NCBI GenBank assembly: GCA_963705505.1
Contig: CAVPJU010000006.1
Location: 480,001 to 544,000, forward strand
Length of the DNA: 64,000 nucleotides
Source: an uncultured bacterium
Lineage (GTDB): Bacteria > Desulfobacterota_D > UBA1144 > Nemesobacterales > UBA2774
Direction: 5' to 3'
The position numbers were made by a program, and so were the translations under genes. Positions 1-8,914 of this stretch are shown here, piece by piece; the first letter of the stretch is position 1, and the number at the start of each line of letters is the position of its first letter. The notes under the pieces were generated by a model. The model made no database searches, was not told the DNA's origin, and worked only from the letters and a program-made list of their open reading frames with translations.

Positions 1-258
1 GATACTTTTCTTTTTACCGTTCTCAGGTTCGGCGGTCTCGAAAACCTGGGGGAGGACCTCGAACAGTCGATACTCCCTGCGCAGGAGGACCATGAGACGG
101 TCGCGGGATTTATTTTCGATATATTCGGCAAGTTCCCTAACGAGGGGGACAGCGTTTCATACGGCAGCCTCGTTTTCCTCGTTAACCGGATCTCAGGTAA
201 AAGGATAACGGAAATAAAGGTTCAAAGAATGAGGGAGGAGGTGGCCGTTGTCGCTTGA
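1..258 (+). CDS. 3' end of a hemolysin-family/CorC-HlyC transporter-associated protein (partial)
   Basis: Frame 1 is open from base 1 to TGA at 256-258; the translation EDHETVAGFIFDIFGKFPNEGDSVSYGSLVFLVNRISGKRITEIKV fits the CorC_HlyC C-terminal domain; overlaps the start of the next paralog. Confidence 0.8.
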   Translation, partial: DTFLFTVLRFGGLENLGEDLEQSILPAQEDHETVAGFIFDIFGKFPNEGDSVSYGSLVFLVNRISGKRITEIKVQRMREEVAVVA

Positions 259-1480
259 GCTCGTAATCGCGATAATAATTCTGTCACTCCTCATTCAGGG
301 ATTTTTTGCCGGCGCTGAAATCGCGCTCATTTCCTGCGACAAGGTAAAAATTAAAGTGCTCGCCGATCAGGGTTCTAAAAGCGCGAAGCTCGTAATGGGC
401 GCGTTTTCCGAGATAGAGCGTTTTATAAGCACGACTCTTGTAGCGATAAACCTGTCGCTGATAACGAGCACGGTGATAATGACCTTTTACATTCATCATA
501 AATTTGGGGGCGGTAAGGAATACTATACCGTCCTTATCCTCTCGCCTCTTATAGTCATATTCGGACAGGTGGTACCCAAGGCCGTATTCCAGAAAAAAAG
601 GGATACTATCGTTCTCTGGTCGATATATCCGCTGTGGCTGGCATCGAAGGTTTTCTATCCTATACTGATTGTAGTTAATGTATTCACCAAGAAAATATTG
701 ACCCTTATAGGCAGCACGGAAAACACTTTCATCACCAGAGAAGAGCTGATAGACGTGATAGAAGGGGACACGACGGTACCGAAGGTCGATTATAAGGAAA
801 AGATTATAAGGAGGATATTCAGGTTCTCGGAGACTACTGCAGGCGAGATTATGATCCCGCTCATCCACGTGAGCGCACTCAGCGATGAGGCGAAAGTAGG
901 CGATGCGGTACGAATGATAAAAGAAACCGGGTACTCGAGGATCCCGATCTACAGCCATCGTGTGGACAATATCACGGGCATGCTGCACTCTTTTTACCTC
1001 CTCGGAGCCGACCCCAATGAAAAGGTGAAGAACTTCGCCCGCACGCCTTTCTACGTGCCCGAATCGAAGCTCGTGGACGAGCTCCTCAATGAAATGAAAG
1101 AGGGGAGAGCCGGCATGGCCGTCGTCGTGGATGAGTACGGGGGCGCTGTCGGCGTTATCGCGCTCGAGGATATACTCGAAGAAGTGGTCGGCGAGATCGA
1201 GGACGAGTACGATAAGGGCATAAAGCTCTGGAGGAAGGTATCGGAAGGGGAGTACCTCATAAATCCGAAAATAGAGATAGACGTGATAAACGATGATCTC
1301 GGTCTCGGCATCCCGGAGAGCGACGATTACGATACCCTTGGCGGTTTCCTTCTTTCGGAGTCGGGCTCAATACCTAAAACGGGCGATAAAATCATACTTA
1401 AGAACTTCTTATTTACTATCACCAAAGCCACGACACGCTCTATCGATGAAGTAAAGCTCTCCATTAAGAAGAAAAAGTAA
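248..1480 (+). CDS. CNNM/hemolysin family protein (DUF21 + 2 CBS + CorC_HlyC), Mg/Co efflux-like
   Basis: N-terminal FFAGAEIAL transmembrane region, GYSRIPIY and VVVDEYGG..G...LEDILEEVVGEIEDEYD motifs, DYDTLGGF C-terminal domain. Confidence 0.92.
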   Translation: MSLELVIAIIILSLLIQGFFAGAEIALISCDKVKIKVLADQGSKSAKLVMGAFSEIERFISTTLVAINLSLITSTVIMTFYIHHKFGGGKEYYTVLILSPLIVIFGQVVPKAVFQKKRDTIVLWSIYPLWLASKVFYPILIVVNVFTKKILTLIGSTENTFITREELIDVIEGDTTVPKVDYKEKIIRRIFRFSETTAGEIMIPLIHVSALSDEAKVGDAVRMIKETGYSRIPIYSHRVDNITGMLHSFYLLGADPNEKVKNFARTPFYVPESKLVDELLNEMKEGRAGMAVVVDEYGGAVGVIALEDILEEVVGEIEDEYDKGIKLWRKVSEGEYLINPKIEIDVINDDLGLGIPESDDYDTLGGFLLSESGSIPKTGDKIILKNFLFTITKATTRSIDEVKLSIKKKK

Positions 1481-1498
1481 CTATACACATCCGCGGCG

Positions 1499-1930
1499 TC
1501 ATAGTTCTTTCATATGAGAAAGCAGTCCGGTTTCTTTCTCCCTCATAACCTCTTTTTCTTTCTTCTTCTTGTGATCGTATCCGAGTAAATGCAGTATGCC
1601 GTGAACGAGGAGCTTCTTTATCTCCTCATGGACCGTGTTGCCGTAATTGCCGCTGTGACGTTTTGCGGTATCGAGGGATATGACAATATCGCCCAGGAGT
1701 GAGTGATCGGGCCCTCCGCCCTGGGGGAATGAGAGCACGTCCGTAGCCCGGTCTATATTCCTCCAGACACGGTTGAGCTCTCTCATACTGCGGTCATCGA
1801 TGAATGATATGGAGAGCTCGCTTTCGGAGGGTAGGTCTAGATTTTTAAGGACGGTCCCCGCGATTTTCCTGAGGCGGGTTTTGTAACCGCCCCCGAGCTC
1901 GCCGGTTTCGTCCGAAATCGCGATTTTCAT
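1499..1930 (-). CDS. ybeY: rRNA maturation endoribonuclease YbeY
   Basis: LN..WR..DRATDVLSFP, LGDIVIS and HGILHLLGYDH motifs; start placed at ATG 1930 (1948 possible) because the ORF-track extension overlaps hisB. Confidence 0.93.
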   Translation of the reverse strand: MKIAISDETGELGGGYKTRLRKIAGTVLKNLDLPSESELSISFIDDRSMRELNRVWRNIDRATDVLSFPQGGGPDHSLLGDIVISLDTAKRHSGNYGNTVHEEIKKLLVHGILHLLGYDHKKKKEKEVMREKETGLLSHMKEL

Positions 1931-2041
1931 TATCGATATTTTACTCATCCCTGCGGGCTTGTGAAAGCGGGAAGGGGCTTGCTCATCGGAAATAGTCAAC
2001 TTGGAGAGTCCCTTAAATTCTGATATGATTCTTAACCATCT

Positions 2042-2632
2042 ATGAAGCAGAGAAAAGCGAAAGTGGAGAGGGCTACATCGGAAGTAAAGGTAAAGGTGGA
2101 CATAAACCTCGACGGAAAGGGTGTGTTTGAAATAGACACCGGTATCCCGTTTTTTAACCACATGCTCTCCCAGCTCGCAAAACACGGCTATTTCGACCTT
2201 AAGATAAGCGCCCTCGGCGACCTCGACGTGGATTTCCACCACACGGTGGAGGACGTCGGACTTGCGCTCGGGGACGCTTTTCTCAAAGCGCTAGGCGATA
2301 AGAAATCTATCAGAAGGTTCGGAGAGGCTTTCGTCCCGTTCGATGAGACTCTCGCCTTCGCATCGGTCGATCTGAGCGGGAGACCATACCTTGTCTATAA
2401 GGTGAAGGTCCCCAAAAGCAAGGTCGGGGAATTCGACCTCGAGCTCGGAGAGGAATTCTTCAAGTCCTTTTCGAACACCCTCATGTGCAACCTCCATATT
2501 GAGCTCAAATACGGCGACAACCTGCACCACATGATAGAGGCGATATTCAAGGCCGTCGGCCGGGCCCTCGACATCGCCACGAGGATCGACCCCAGATCGG
2601 GCGATATCCCTTCCACGAAAGGAAAACTCTGA
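2042..2632 (+). CDS. hisB: Imidazoleglycerol-phosphate dehydratase
   Basis: TGIPFFNHML, DFHHTVED and NLHHMIEAIFKA motifs; PSTKGKL C-terminus. Confidence 0.97.
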   Translation: MKQRKAKVERATSEVKVKVDINLDGKGVFEIDTGIPFFNHMLSQLAKHGYFDLKISALGDLDVDFHHTVEDVGLALGDAFLKALGDKKSIRRFGEAFVPFDETLAFASVDLSGRPYLVYKVKVPKSKVGEFDLELGEEFFKSFSNTLMCNLHIELKYGDNLHHMIEAIFKAVGRALDIATRIDPRSGDIPSTKGKL

Positions 2633-2635
2633 CCC

Positions 2636-3280
2636 ATGATCGCAATCGTCGATTACGGAATGGGGAATTTGAGGAGTGTGAGCAAGGCGTTTCAGAGCCA
2701 GGGTGTACAAGCTGTAGTCACGAAGGAACCAAAAGAAATTTCCCGAGCAAGCGGGCTCGTCCTTCCGGGAGTAGGCGCATTCGGCGATTGTGTTAGGAAC
2801 CTCGGCGAATACGGGTTAACGGCTCCGATAAGGGAATTCATAGATTCCGGAAGGCCGTTTCTGGGTATATGCCTCGGTTTACAGGTGATTTTTGAGGAGA
2901 GCGAGGAGTCTCCGGGCGCCGAAGGGTTAGGGATACTGAAAGGAAAGGTCGTAAGGTTCCCCGAATTTAAAGAGGAAAGATTAAAAGTCCCGCACATGGG
3001 CTGGAACCGGATCGATATCAGAAAGAAAGCTCCCGTGCTTGAAGGGATCCCCGACGGCAGCTGGTTCTACTTCGTACACTCTTATTACCCGGTGCCCGAA
3101 GACCGGAGCGTAATTGCGATAACGTCTGAGTACGGGATAGAATTCACCGCGGCTGTCGAGAGGGGTAATATCTTCGCATGCCAGTTCCACCCGGAGAAAA
3201 GCAGCACGCACGGCTTGAGGCTGCTCAGGAATTTCGGCGTTCTCTGCGGGGAGAAAATAAGGACCGCAACGCTCAGTTAA
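2636..3280 (+). CDS. hisH: Imidazole glycerol phosphate synthase glutaminase subunit
   Basis: DYGMGNLRSV, LPGVGAF, GICLG, VPHMGWN, YFVHSY and QFHPEKS motifs. Confidence 0.97.
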   Translation: MIAIVDYGMGNLRSVSKAFQSQGVQAVVTKEPKEISRASGLVLPGVGAFGDCVRNLGEYGLTAPIREFIDSGRPFLGICLGLQVIFEESEESPGAEGLGILKGKVVRFPEFKEERLKVPHMGWNRIDIRKKAPVLEGIPDGSWFYFVHSYYPVPEDRSVIAITSEYGIEFTAAVERGNIFACQFHPEKSSTHGLRLLRNFGVLCGEKIRTATLS

Positions 3281-5381
3281 CAGGATATTTCGTCTCCGTG
3301 CTCCGGGGGGCGGTCGTATCCCTGGGCGCCGCCGAGGCGCTATTCCCGTAAATTGCCTTGTACGCACCGTAGCTTCTTAATATTCTCCTGATGTAATTTC
3401 TTGTTTCCTTGAAAGGGATCTCTTCTATGAACTCGTCCTTGTCTAGCCCGTAAAATTCGGTTTTCCAATCGGCGGCTCTGTTCGGCCCCGCATTGTAACT
3501 CGCAAGCGCAAGCTCGACGTCTCCGTTAAATTCGTCGAGGACCTGCTTTAAATAATAGATCCCCATCTCTATATTTATTCTCGGTATCGTCAGCATTTCC
3601 GTCGTGAACCCGTTTATGCCTATTTGACCGGCCACTGTTCTCGCTGTCGGAGGGATAAGCTGCATGAGGCCGACGGCGTCTGCGGGAGAAACGACGTCCT
3701 TCTGAAATCTGCTCTCTTCCCTTATTATGGAGTAAATCAGGAACTCGTCCACGCCGTACTTTTTAGCGTAGGAGGCTACTATGTCCTTATAACCGCGCGG
3801 GAACGAGAGGGTGTTTGCCTGAGGCAGCCCTATGTCCTGCGCCACCTTTATCGAATTGTAGTAGTCGTCCACCTTCGAATAAAGCAGACTGACCGTGACA
3901 AATTCTTCCTGCGTGTTCGCGAGCGATTCCATCTTTTCGATCTCGAGCCTCGCGTCCTCGGGCAAACCGAGACGAATCAGGATCTCGGCCTTTTCCTTTC
4001 TCGCGGCCGCTGCGGGGTTGAGCGCGTCGGTCTCCGGGCTGATGTTCGAGTATGCGGGGGTGTAGCCCGTTTTCCTCTGCGCGAGGTATGAGTGGTACGT
4101 GGGGGTCGTCATGCCGGCAAGCTCCCTGTACTCCGCCATCGCTTCGTCTGTCCTCCCCTGCTTTTCGAGAGTCCTTGCCTTCCAGTACCTCGCATTGGCG
4201 GCGTTAAAAGCGGATGAGGAGTTAGTGAATGCGGAAAAGGTCGCCAGCGCCTCTCTGAACATACCCTTTCTGTAATAAATCCAGCCGAGGTTCCACGCGC
4301 CGTCCTCGGCGAACTCGTTTTTAGGGTATGTCCTTATGAGGACATCGTATGTCTTTATCGCGTTTTGATAATCGTCGTTTATCTGATAAAGCCTTCCCGA
4401 GTTATAGAGCCCTTCGGGAGCGAGCTCGCTCGAGGGGTATAGAACGTGTATCCGGGTATAGAGGCCCGAGGCTTCCGAGTCGAGGCCCTGCTTTGATTTC
4501 AGCTTTCCCCTCCAGAACAGGGACTCCGGGGAATTGATGCCGCTCAATACGGTTTCGGCCTCGTTTAATCTGCCCGCATTGACCATGGCTATTCCCTTTC
4601 TGGTTCTGTCTTCGGTGCTAAGGGAGGAAACCATTTCATAGTTTTGCGCCGCCGAAGACCATCTCGAGAGGTTAAAGAGCGTGTTGGCTCTCTCCAGGTA
4701 ATCGGATTCCGTCGGGACGAACGGGACGCCCTGAGCTGTGCTGATTTCGAGCGCCTCTTTCTGGGCGCTGTATGAGGATTTCGTTTCGGGGAATTCGACC
4801 CACACCTGTTTATATGTGTTCACCGCGTCCGCATATTTCCCCTGCTTCTCTAGGGCCTGACCGAGGCTCTCCAGATATGATGCCTTTAAATCCCTGTCGC
4901 TTTCCTCGGCATAAAGGGACCTGAATACCCTCTCGGCGTTGGTGTAGTCCCCCGTTTGTGTGTAGATGTTGCCGAGCCTGGAGAGAGTTTTTTTCTTGAC
5001 CCCGCTTTCCGGATATGCGGTGAGCACCCTGTTGAATTGTATCGATGCGTTTGCTAGATCGCCCAGGTTTTCATATCCGGCTCCCTGGTAATAGATCACA
5101 TAGTCTGCTATGAGGGGGAGCTCGTTCTCGACGCCGGTGAGCCTAGTGACGCCTTCCTGAAACTGCCCCAGCTGTATGAAGCAGTAGCCCTTTTTGAACC
5201 TGTCCTCCGGATCGGTTTTTGCCGGGAGGTAAATTTCCGACTGGCAGTTTATCTGGGCCCGGGCTTGTGAATAGAGCGAAAGGACAATAATCAATGCGAT
5301 AAGACATTCAATCGCCGCGTATAATATTCTCGAAGTATTCTCAGATTTACGGGGCCGGTTGTTCGTTGCCGTCTTGAGCAT
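3273..5381 (-). CDS. TPR-repeat soluble lytic murein transglycosylase (Slt-like)
   Basis: Signal anchor and many TPR-like helices; C-terminal SLT motifs IIREESRF, AVGLMQL, ALASYNAG, IPFKETRNY. Confidence 0.9.
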   Translation of the reverse strand: MLKTATNNRPRKSENTSRILYAAIECLIALIIVLSLYSQARAQINCQSEIYLPAKTDPEDRFKKGYCFIQLGQFQEGVTRLTGVENELPLIADYVIYYQGAGYENLGDLANASIQFNRVLTAYPESGVKKKTLSRLGNIYTQTGDYTNAERVFRSLYAEESDRDLKASYLESLGQALEKQGKYADAVNTYKQVWVEFPETKSSYSAQKEALEISTAQGVPFVPTESDYLERANTLFNLSRWSSAAQNYEMVSSLSTEDRTRKGIAMVNAGRLNEAETVLSGINSPESLFWRGKLKSKQGLDSEASGLYTRIHVLYPSSELAPEGLYNSGRLYQINDDYQNAIKTYDVLIRTYPKNEFAEDGAWNLGWIYYRKGMFREALATFSAFTNSSSAFNAANARYWKARTLEKQGRTDEAMAEYRELAGMTTPTYHSYLAQRKTGYTPAYSNISPETDALNPAAAARKEKAEILIRLGLPEDARLEIEKMESLANTQEEFVTVSLLYSKVDDYYNSIKVAQDIGLPQANTLSFPRGYKDIVASYAKKYGVDEFLIYSIIREESRFQKDVVSPADAVGLMQLIPPTARTVAGQIGINGFTTEMLTIPRINIEMGIYYLKQVLDEFNGDVELALASYNAGPNRAADWKTEFYGLDKDEFIEEIPFKETRNYIRRILRSYGAYKAIYGNSASAAPRDTTAPRSTETKYPVN

Positions 5382-5383
5382 TT

Positions 5384-6196
5384 CTACCTCCCTCTTCTTT
5401 GCGGATCGAGGTAATCCCTCATCCCCTCTCCGAATAGGTTAAATGAAAATGCCGTAATGAAAATAGCGAGGCTCGGGAATACTATCAGATGGGGGAAGGT
5501 CCTGATCCCCTGCCAGCCCGTGCTCGCGAGCGTCCCCCAACTGGACTCGGGAGGGGCTATGCCGAGTCCCAGGAAACTCAGGGTGGATTCGGCGAGTATC
5601 GCATAGGGCACAGAGAAGGTGAGGGTAATTATCAGAGGGCTCAGTATGTTGGGGATTATGTGTATGCCCAATATGCGGGAAGGGGATGCGCCGAGACTCC
5701 TCGCCGACTGAACGAACTCGGCCCCTTTTAGCTGGAGCACACTGCCCCTCACTATCCTCGCCACACGCATCCAAGCAGTCAGGCCGAGCGCCAGCACGAT
5801 TCCCAAAACGCCCCTTCCTATAACGAGGGTTATCAGGACTATGAGCAGGAGATCGGGGAGAGAATAGAATATATCGACGAGTCTCATCATCACCTCGTCT
5901 GTCTTTCCCCCTCTGTACCCGGATACCGCCCCGTACATCGTCCCTATTATAAGCGCTATGAGCGCTGTACCGAGGGCGACCGTGATCGAGACCCTCGAGC
6001 CGTATATCACCCTGCTCAGGAGGTCCCTTCCCTCCTGGTCGGTACCCATAATGTGATTTATCCCGGGCTTTGCAAGGGCGTTCTTAAAGTCGGTGTCGTT
6101 ATATTCATAGGGAGTAACATAAGGCGCTGCGAGGGCGGTTCCTATTATCACGGTGATAATCAGGGAGGTTACGATAAGTTGGACCTTCAGAAGCAA
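5384..6196 (-). CDS. Peptide/nickel ABC transporter permease (OppC/DppC type)
   Basis: HIMGTDQEGRDLLSRVIYGSRVS, EFVQSARSLGAS, ESTLSFLGLG, GEGMRDYLDP motifs. Confidence 0.92.
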   Translation of the reverse strand: MLLKVQLIVTSLIITVIIGTALAAPYVTPYEYNDTDFKNALAKPGINHIMGTDQEGRDLLSRVIYGSRVSITVALGTALIALIIGTMYGAVSGYRGGKTDEVMMRLVDIFYSLPDLLLIVLITLVIGRGVLGIVLALGLTAWMRVARIVRGSVLQLKGAEFVQSARSLGASPSRILGIHIIPNILSPLIITLTFSVPYAILAESTLSFLGLGIAPPESSWGTLASTGWQGIRTFPHLIVFPSLAIFITAFSFNLFGEGMRDYLDPQRRGR

Positions 6197-6309
6197 TGGC
6201 CGCCTGCCTTAATGAGCGGGATTTGGCAAAATTTAAAATCTAACGTCCTGTCATCTAAATAACGAACTGAGTGCTGCTCTTATAGCGGTGGACGCATCAA
6301 AAATGCTGC

Positions 6310-6693
6310 TTACTGTTTGAATTCTGCTTTGCCCATATCGTCCTTATAATACGATGCCCTGACTACGGTTTTTATGCCTCCGCGCACGTTGAAGTCCCCG
6401 GAGACCTCGGCTCTTAACGGTTTGCACGCCTCGACTATATCGTCGAGAATCTTATTCGTGACGTGCTCGTGAAAAGTGCCTACATTGCGGTAGGAAAACA
6501 TATAGAGCTTTAGCGATTTAAGCTCTATGCATAATTTGTCGGGTACGTATTTGATATTGATCGTGCCAAAATCCGGCTGGCCGGTCTTGGGGCAAACACA
6601 CGTAAACTCGGGACAGGTGATGTCAATTTCGTATTCCCTTCCCGGGTATTGATTTTTGAATGTTTCAAGCATTGATGAAGGAGTTTTTCCCAT
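6310..6693 (-). CDS. queF: NADPH-dependent 7-cyano-7-deazaguanine reductase (short QueF)
   Basis: EFTCVCPKTGQPDF, ELKSLKLY, FHE and FNVRGGI motifs. Confidence 0.96.
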   Translation of the reverse strand: MGKTPSSMLETFKNQYPGREYEIDITCPEFTCVCPKTGQPDFGTINIKYVPDKLCIELKSLKLYMFSYRNVGTFHEHVTNKILDDIVEACKPLRAEVSGDFNVRGGIKTVVRASYYKDDMGKAEFKQ

Positions 6694-6703
6694 CTGATAT
6701 TAT

Positions 6704-6883
6704 TTAAGAGTGTACCTCGATTTCTATTTCGTATTCGCCTTTGGATTTTTTTATCCTGTTGTCCTTATATCCCTGCTTAACAAAAATCATCCCTTTTTTA
6801 TAGGCATCTTTTAAAGCCTTTTCCACGCTCTTTCTGAGATCTGCTTTATTTTTTGCTCTTACGGTCATAGTTTTAGCCGGCAT
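6704..6883 (-). CDS. Small basic hypothetical protein (59 aa, below ORF-track cutoff)
   Basis: Manual translation MPAKTMTVRAKNKADLRKSVEKALKDAYKKGMIFVKQGYKDNRIKKSKGEYEIEIEVHS*; SD AAAGGAG 8 nt upstream; stop 10 nt before the queF start. Confidence 0.7.
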   Translation of the reverse strand: MPAKTMTVRAKNKADLRKSVEKALKDAYKKGMIFVKQGYKDNRIKKSKGEYEIEIEVHS

Positions 6884-6994
6884 TCGTTAATTCTCCTTTC
6901 CTTAGTATTTCTACAGTTCTATTTTATCAAATAGGCGCCCGCTATCAAGGTACTTGACTGAAAAGGTATAATTATAAATACTTTAACACCCTAC

Positions 6995-7068
6995 TGGGGC
7001 ATAGTATAACGGTAGTACAGTGGACTCTGGATCCATAAGTCTAGGTTCGAATCCTAGTGCCCCAGCCA
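6995..7068 (+). tRNA. tRNA-Gln (anticodon CUG)
   Basis: TGGGGCA/TGCCCCA acceptor stem, GTGGA-CTCTGGA-TCCAT anticodon arm, GGTTCGAATCC T-loop, encoded CCA. Confidence 0.96.
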
Positions 7069-7220
7069 AATCACCGATCATTTCGATTCACGTTAATACA
7101 AATTAGATTATTTCCACTCAGTAGGTGAGAAGGTTCTGCGTTAATTCCGATATAAGATAATTCGGACTCGCCACTAAAACAATTCGTGTAATGGGTATAG
7201 CGGGTGAGGTTTGAAATGTA

Positions 7221-7261
7221 AAAAAAACCGGCGGGCGGCAGGTGCCGCCCTTCGGCTTTTT
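7221..7261. terminator. Probable bidirectional intrinsic terminator between tRNA-Gln and the Pal-like gene
   Basis: GC-rich GGGCGGCA/TGCCGCCC stem flanked by an A-run and a T-run. Confidence 0.7.
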
Positions 7262-7336
7262 AATATTCGGAGATAAGGAGGACGTGCCTTCTTCCCGATC
7301 CCCCTCAGGGGAATGTCTTACACGTCTGCCGTAACA

Positions 7337-7885
7337 TCACCGAACTGAAGCGAGCTTCTCCCTTTCGGCGATCGTGTCTAAAGCCGTGAAGTGTACCCTG
7401 CTGTCGAGCCTGACGGTGTCTTTGCTATTGACGAGCTGCATATCGTAAATGTTGCATTTGTTCGCAGTCAAAACCCTTTCAGCGGATACACCCTGGCCGA
7501 TGATATATTCCTTAACGGAATCCGCTCTCCTGGCTCCGAGTGTGCTCGACGACTTTTCGCGTGAGTCGCAATACGACTCTATCACGACATACGTGTCGGG
7601 TTCGTTTTTTAGAACTTCGGCGTTTTCATCGAGGACCGGCTTTGCGTCTTCCCTTATTACATAACTGTTCGCGTCAAAGAAGATGTCTTTAAGTTCGGGA
7701 CTGTAGGGATCGTGAGCCGCAGAACCCAAGAAAGCGCTGTAATCGGATGTTTCTCCTGTGGGTTCGACCCCGCCCGAATCCGCCGGTAAAAACACTGACG
7801 CGGCTGAGCAAATCATGAACATACCCAGTGTGCCGGGCACTAAATGCCTGGAGAATTTGCTTAAATAATTAGTTGCCTTACCCAT
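7337..7885 (-). CDS. OmpA/Pal-like peptidoglycan-binding domain protein (divergent)
   Basis: LKDIFFDANSYVIREDAKPVLDENAEVLK and LGARRADSVKEY match the Pal/OmpA_C pattern; N-terminal hydrophobic segment. Confidence 0.8.
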   Translation of the reverse strand: MGKATNYLSKFSRHLVPGTLGMFMICSAASVFLPADSGGVEPTGETSDYSAFLGSAAHDPYSPELKDIFFDANSYVIREDAKPVLDENAEVLKNEPDTYVVIESYCDSREKSSSTLGARRADSVKEYIIGQGVSAERVLTANKCNIYDMQLVNSKDTVRLDSRVHFTALDTIAEREKLASVR

Positions 7886-7939
7886 ATTGATTTACCTCCC
7901 GCTTTTGCGCGATTTTCTTATCACTTACCTGATATTAAG

Positions 7940-7955
7940 TGCATTCAGCGTGCCA
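7940..7955 (-). promoter_or_regulatory. sigma54 (-24/-12) promoter of the Pal-like gene
   Basis: Minus strand reads TGGCACGCTGAATGCA = GG-N10-GC, ~55 nt upstream of the ATG. Confidence 0.75.
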
Positions 7956-8035
7956 TCGGGCGCATTTAAAATAATAAGTGATGTAGGATAGTTACAACAC
8001 CGGATAAGTATTAATCGGGAGGTCCGGGGCTTTTT

Positions 8036-8075
8036 TGTATGGACGGAAACAAACGGAATTGTACGAAAAACTACA
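8036..8075. promoter_or_regulatory. Tandem enhancer-binding-protein sites (2 x TGT-N10-ACA, 24-bp period)
   Basis: TGTATGGACGGAAACA at 8036 and TGTACGAAAAACTACA at 8060, ~80-120 bp upstream of the sigma54 promoter. Confidence 0.65.
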
Positions 8076-8093
8076 AATAAAGGGATATCTATC

Positions 8094-8648
8094 TTAATGT
8101 ATTTTTTCTAATTCCTGCCTTGCGATAACGGCTTCTCTCGAATCGGGGAATCTGTCTATCAGGGTTTTGAAAAAGAATTTGGCTCCGTCCTTTCTTCCGA
8201 TTTTAACGAGCGAAAGGCCCTGTTTCAGATAAGCGTCTGCAACTTTACTGTCGTTGGGGTAAGTGTCTATAAATACCTGATAAGCCAGGATCGCATTCAA
8301 ATACTCTCCCTGGCTGTAAAGGTCATCGGCTCGCTGGTATAGATCACCCGTAGTCGTCTCTTTTACCCCTTCCTTTTCTTTCGAGGGTTTCGGTACGATC
8401 TGTTTCCTCACGAAATCGTCCATTTTCATGTACATTTCGGAGTAGTTCTGCTCGAGGCTCCTTATTCTGGCCTCCTGTATTTCGAGCCTTCTCTGAACGT
8501 CGTTTAAATCGCTCGACATTTTCTCGACTTTATTTTCAAGATTTTCCTGCCGCTGATTTAATTCCTGAATGGAGCCGGGGCCGGCAATGCACCCTGCGAG
8601 CAGGCATGAGAGGGCCAATATGAAATAAATTACTATACGCATGAACAT
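8094..8648 (-). CDS. CpoB/YbgF-like coiled-coil + TPR lipoprotein
   Basis: Lipobox LLAGC, coiled coil, then LYQRA..Y..AI..Y..FI..YP....ADAYLKQGLS and LIDRFPDS. Confidence 0.8.
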   Translation of the reverse strand: MFMRIVIYFILALSCLLAGCIAGPGSIQELNQRQENLENKVEKMSSDLNDVQRRLEIQEARIRSLEQNYSEMYMKMDDFVRKQIVPKPSKEKEGVKETTTGDLYQRADDLYSQGEYLNAILAYQVFIDTYPNDSKVADAYLKQGLSLVKIGRKDGAKFFFKTLIDRFPDSREAVIARQELEKIH

Positions 8649-8800
8649 CCCCGGGTTGAGTGCAGGAGTCTGGCTTATTTAAAAATAGCAAACTCCGAGT
8701 TAAGAATTATTTGGTATTAAATCCGAGTTGTCAAAGCCTTCCGGCTGGTTATTGATGTGTAACAGTTTTTGCCCGGAAAGCAGGATGGAAAATCGAGTAT

Positions 8801-8837
8801 AAAAAAAGCGGCAGGAACGGGGGGACCGTCCCTGCCG
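8801..8837 (-). terminator. Intrinsic terminator of the LysM gene
   Basis: Minus strand CGGCAGGGACGG-TCCCC-CCGTTCCTGCCG followed by CTTTTTTT. Confidence 0.75.
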
Positions 8838-8914
8838 GATCATCTGCCTTAAAGCAGATTAGCCTATTGCTTTTCCAATAAATGTATTGGTATGGGGAGT
8901 CATTTCGACTCTAC

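Noticed and set aside
1931..2242. Long N-terminal extension of YbeY in the ORF track
   Set aside because: It is the antisense of hisB plus the shared promoter region; YbeY similarity starts near 1930
6884..6994. preQ1 riboswitch upstream of queF
   Set aside because: No preQ1-like stem with the characteristic loop and A-rich tail is visible; the region holds an SD and the divergent tRNA promoter
8036..8075. NifA-controlled nitrogen fixation inferred from TGT-N10-ACA
   Set aside because: No nif genes are present; other Fis-type enhancer-binding proteins use similar sites and a local candidate exists
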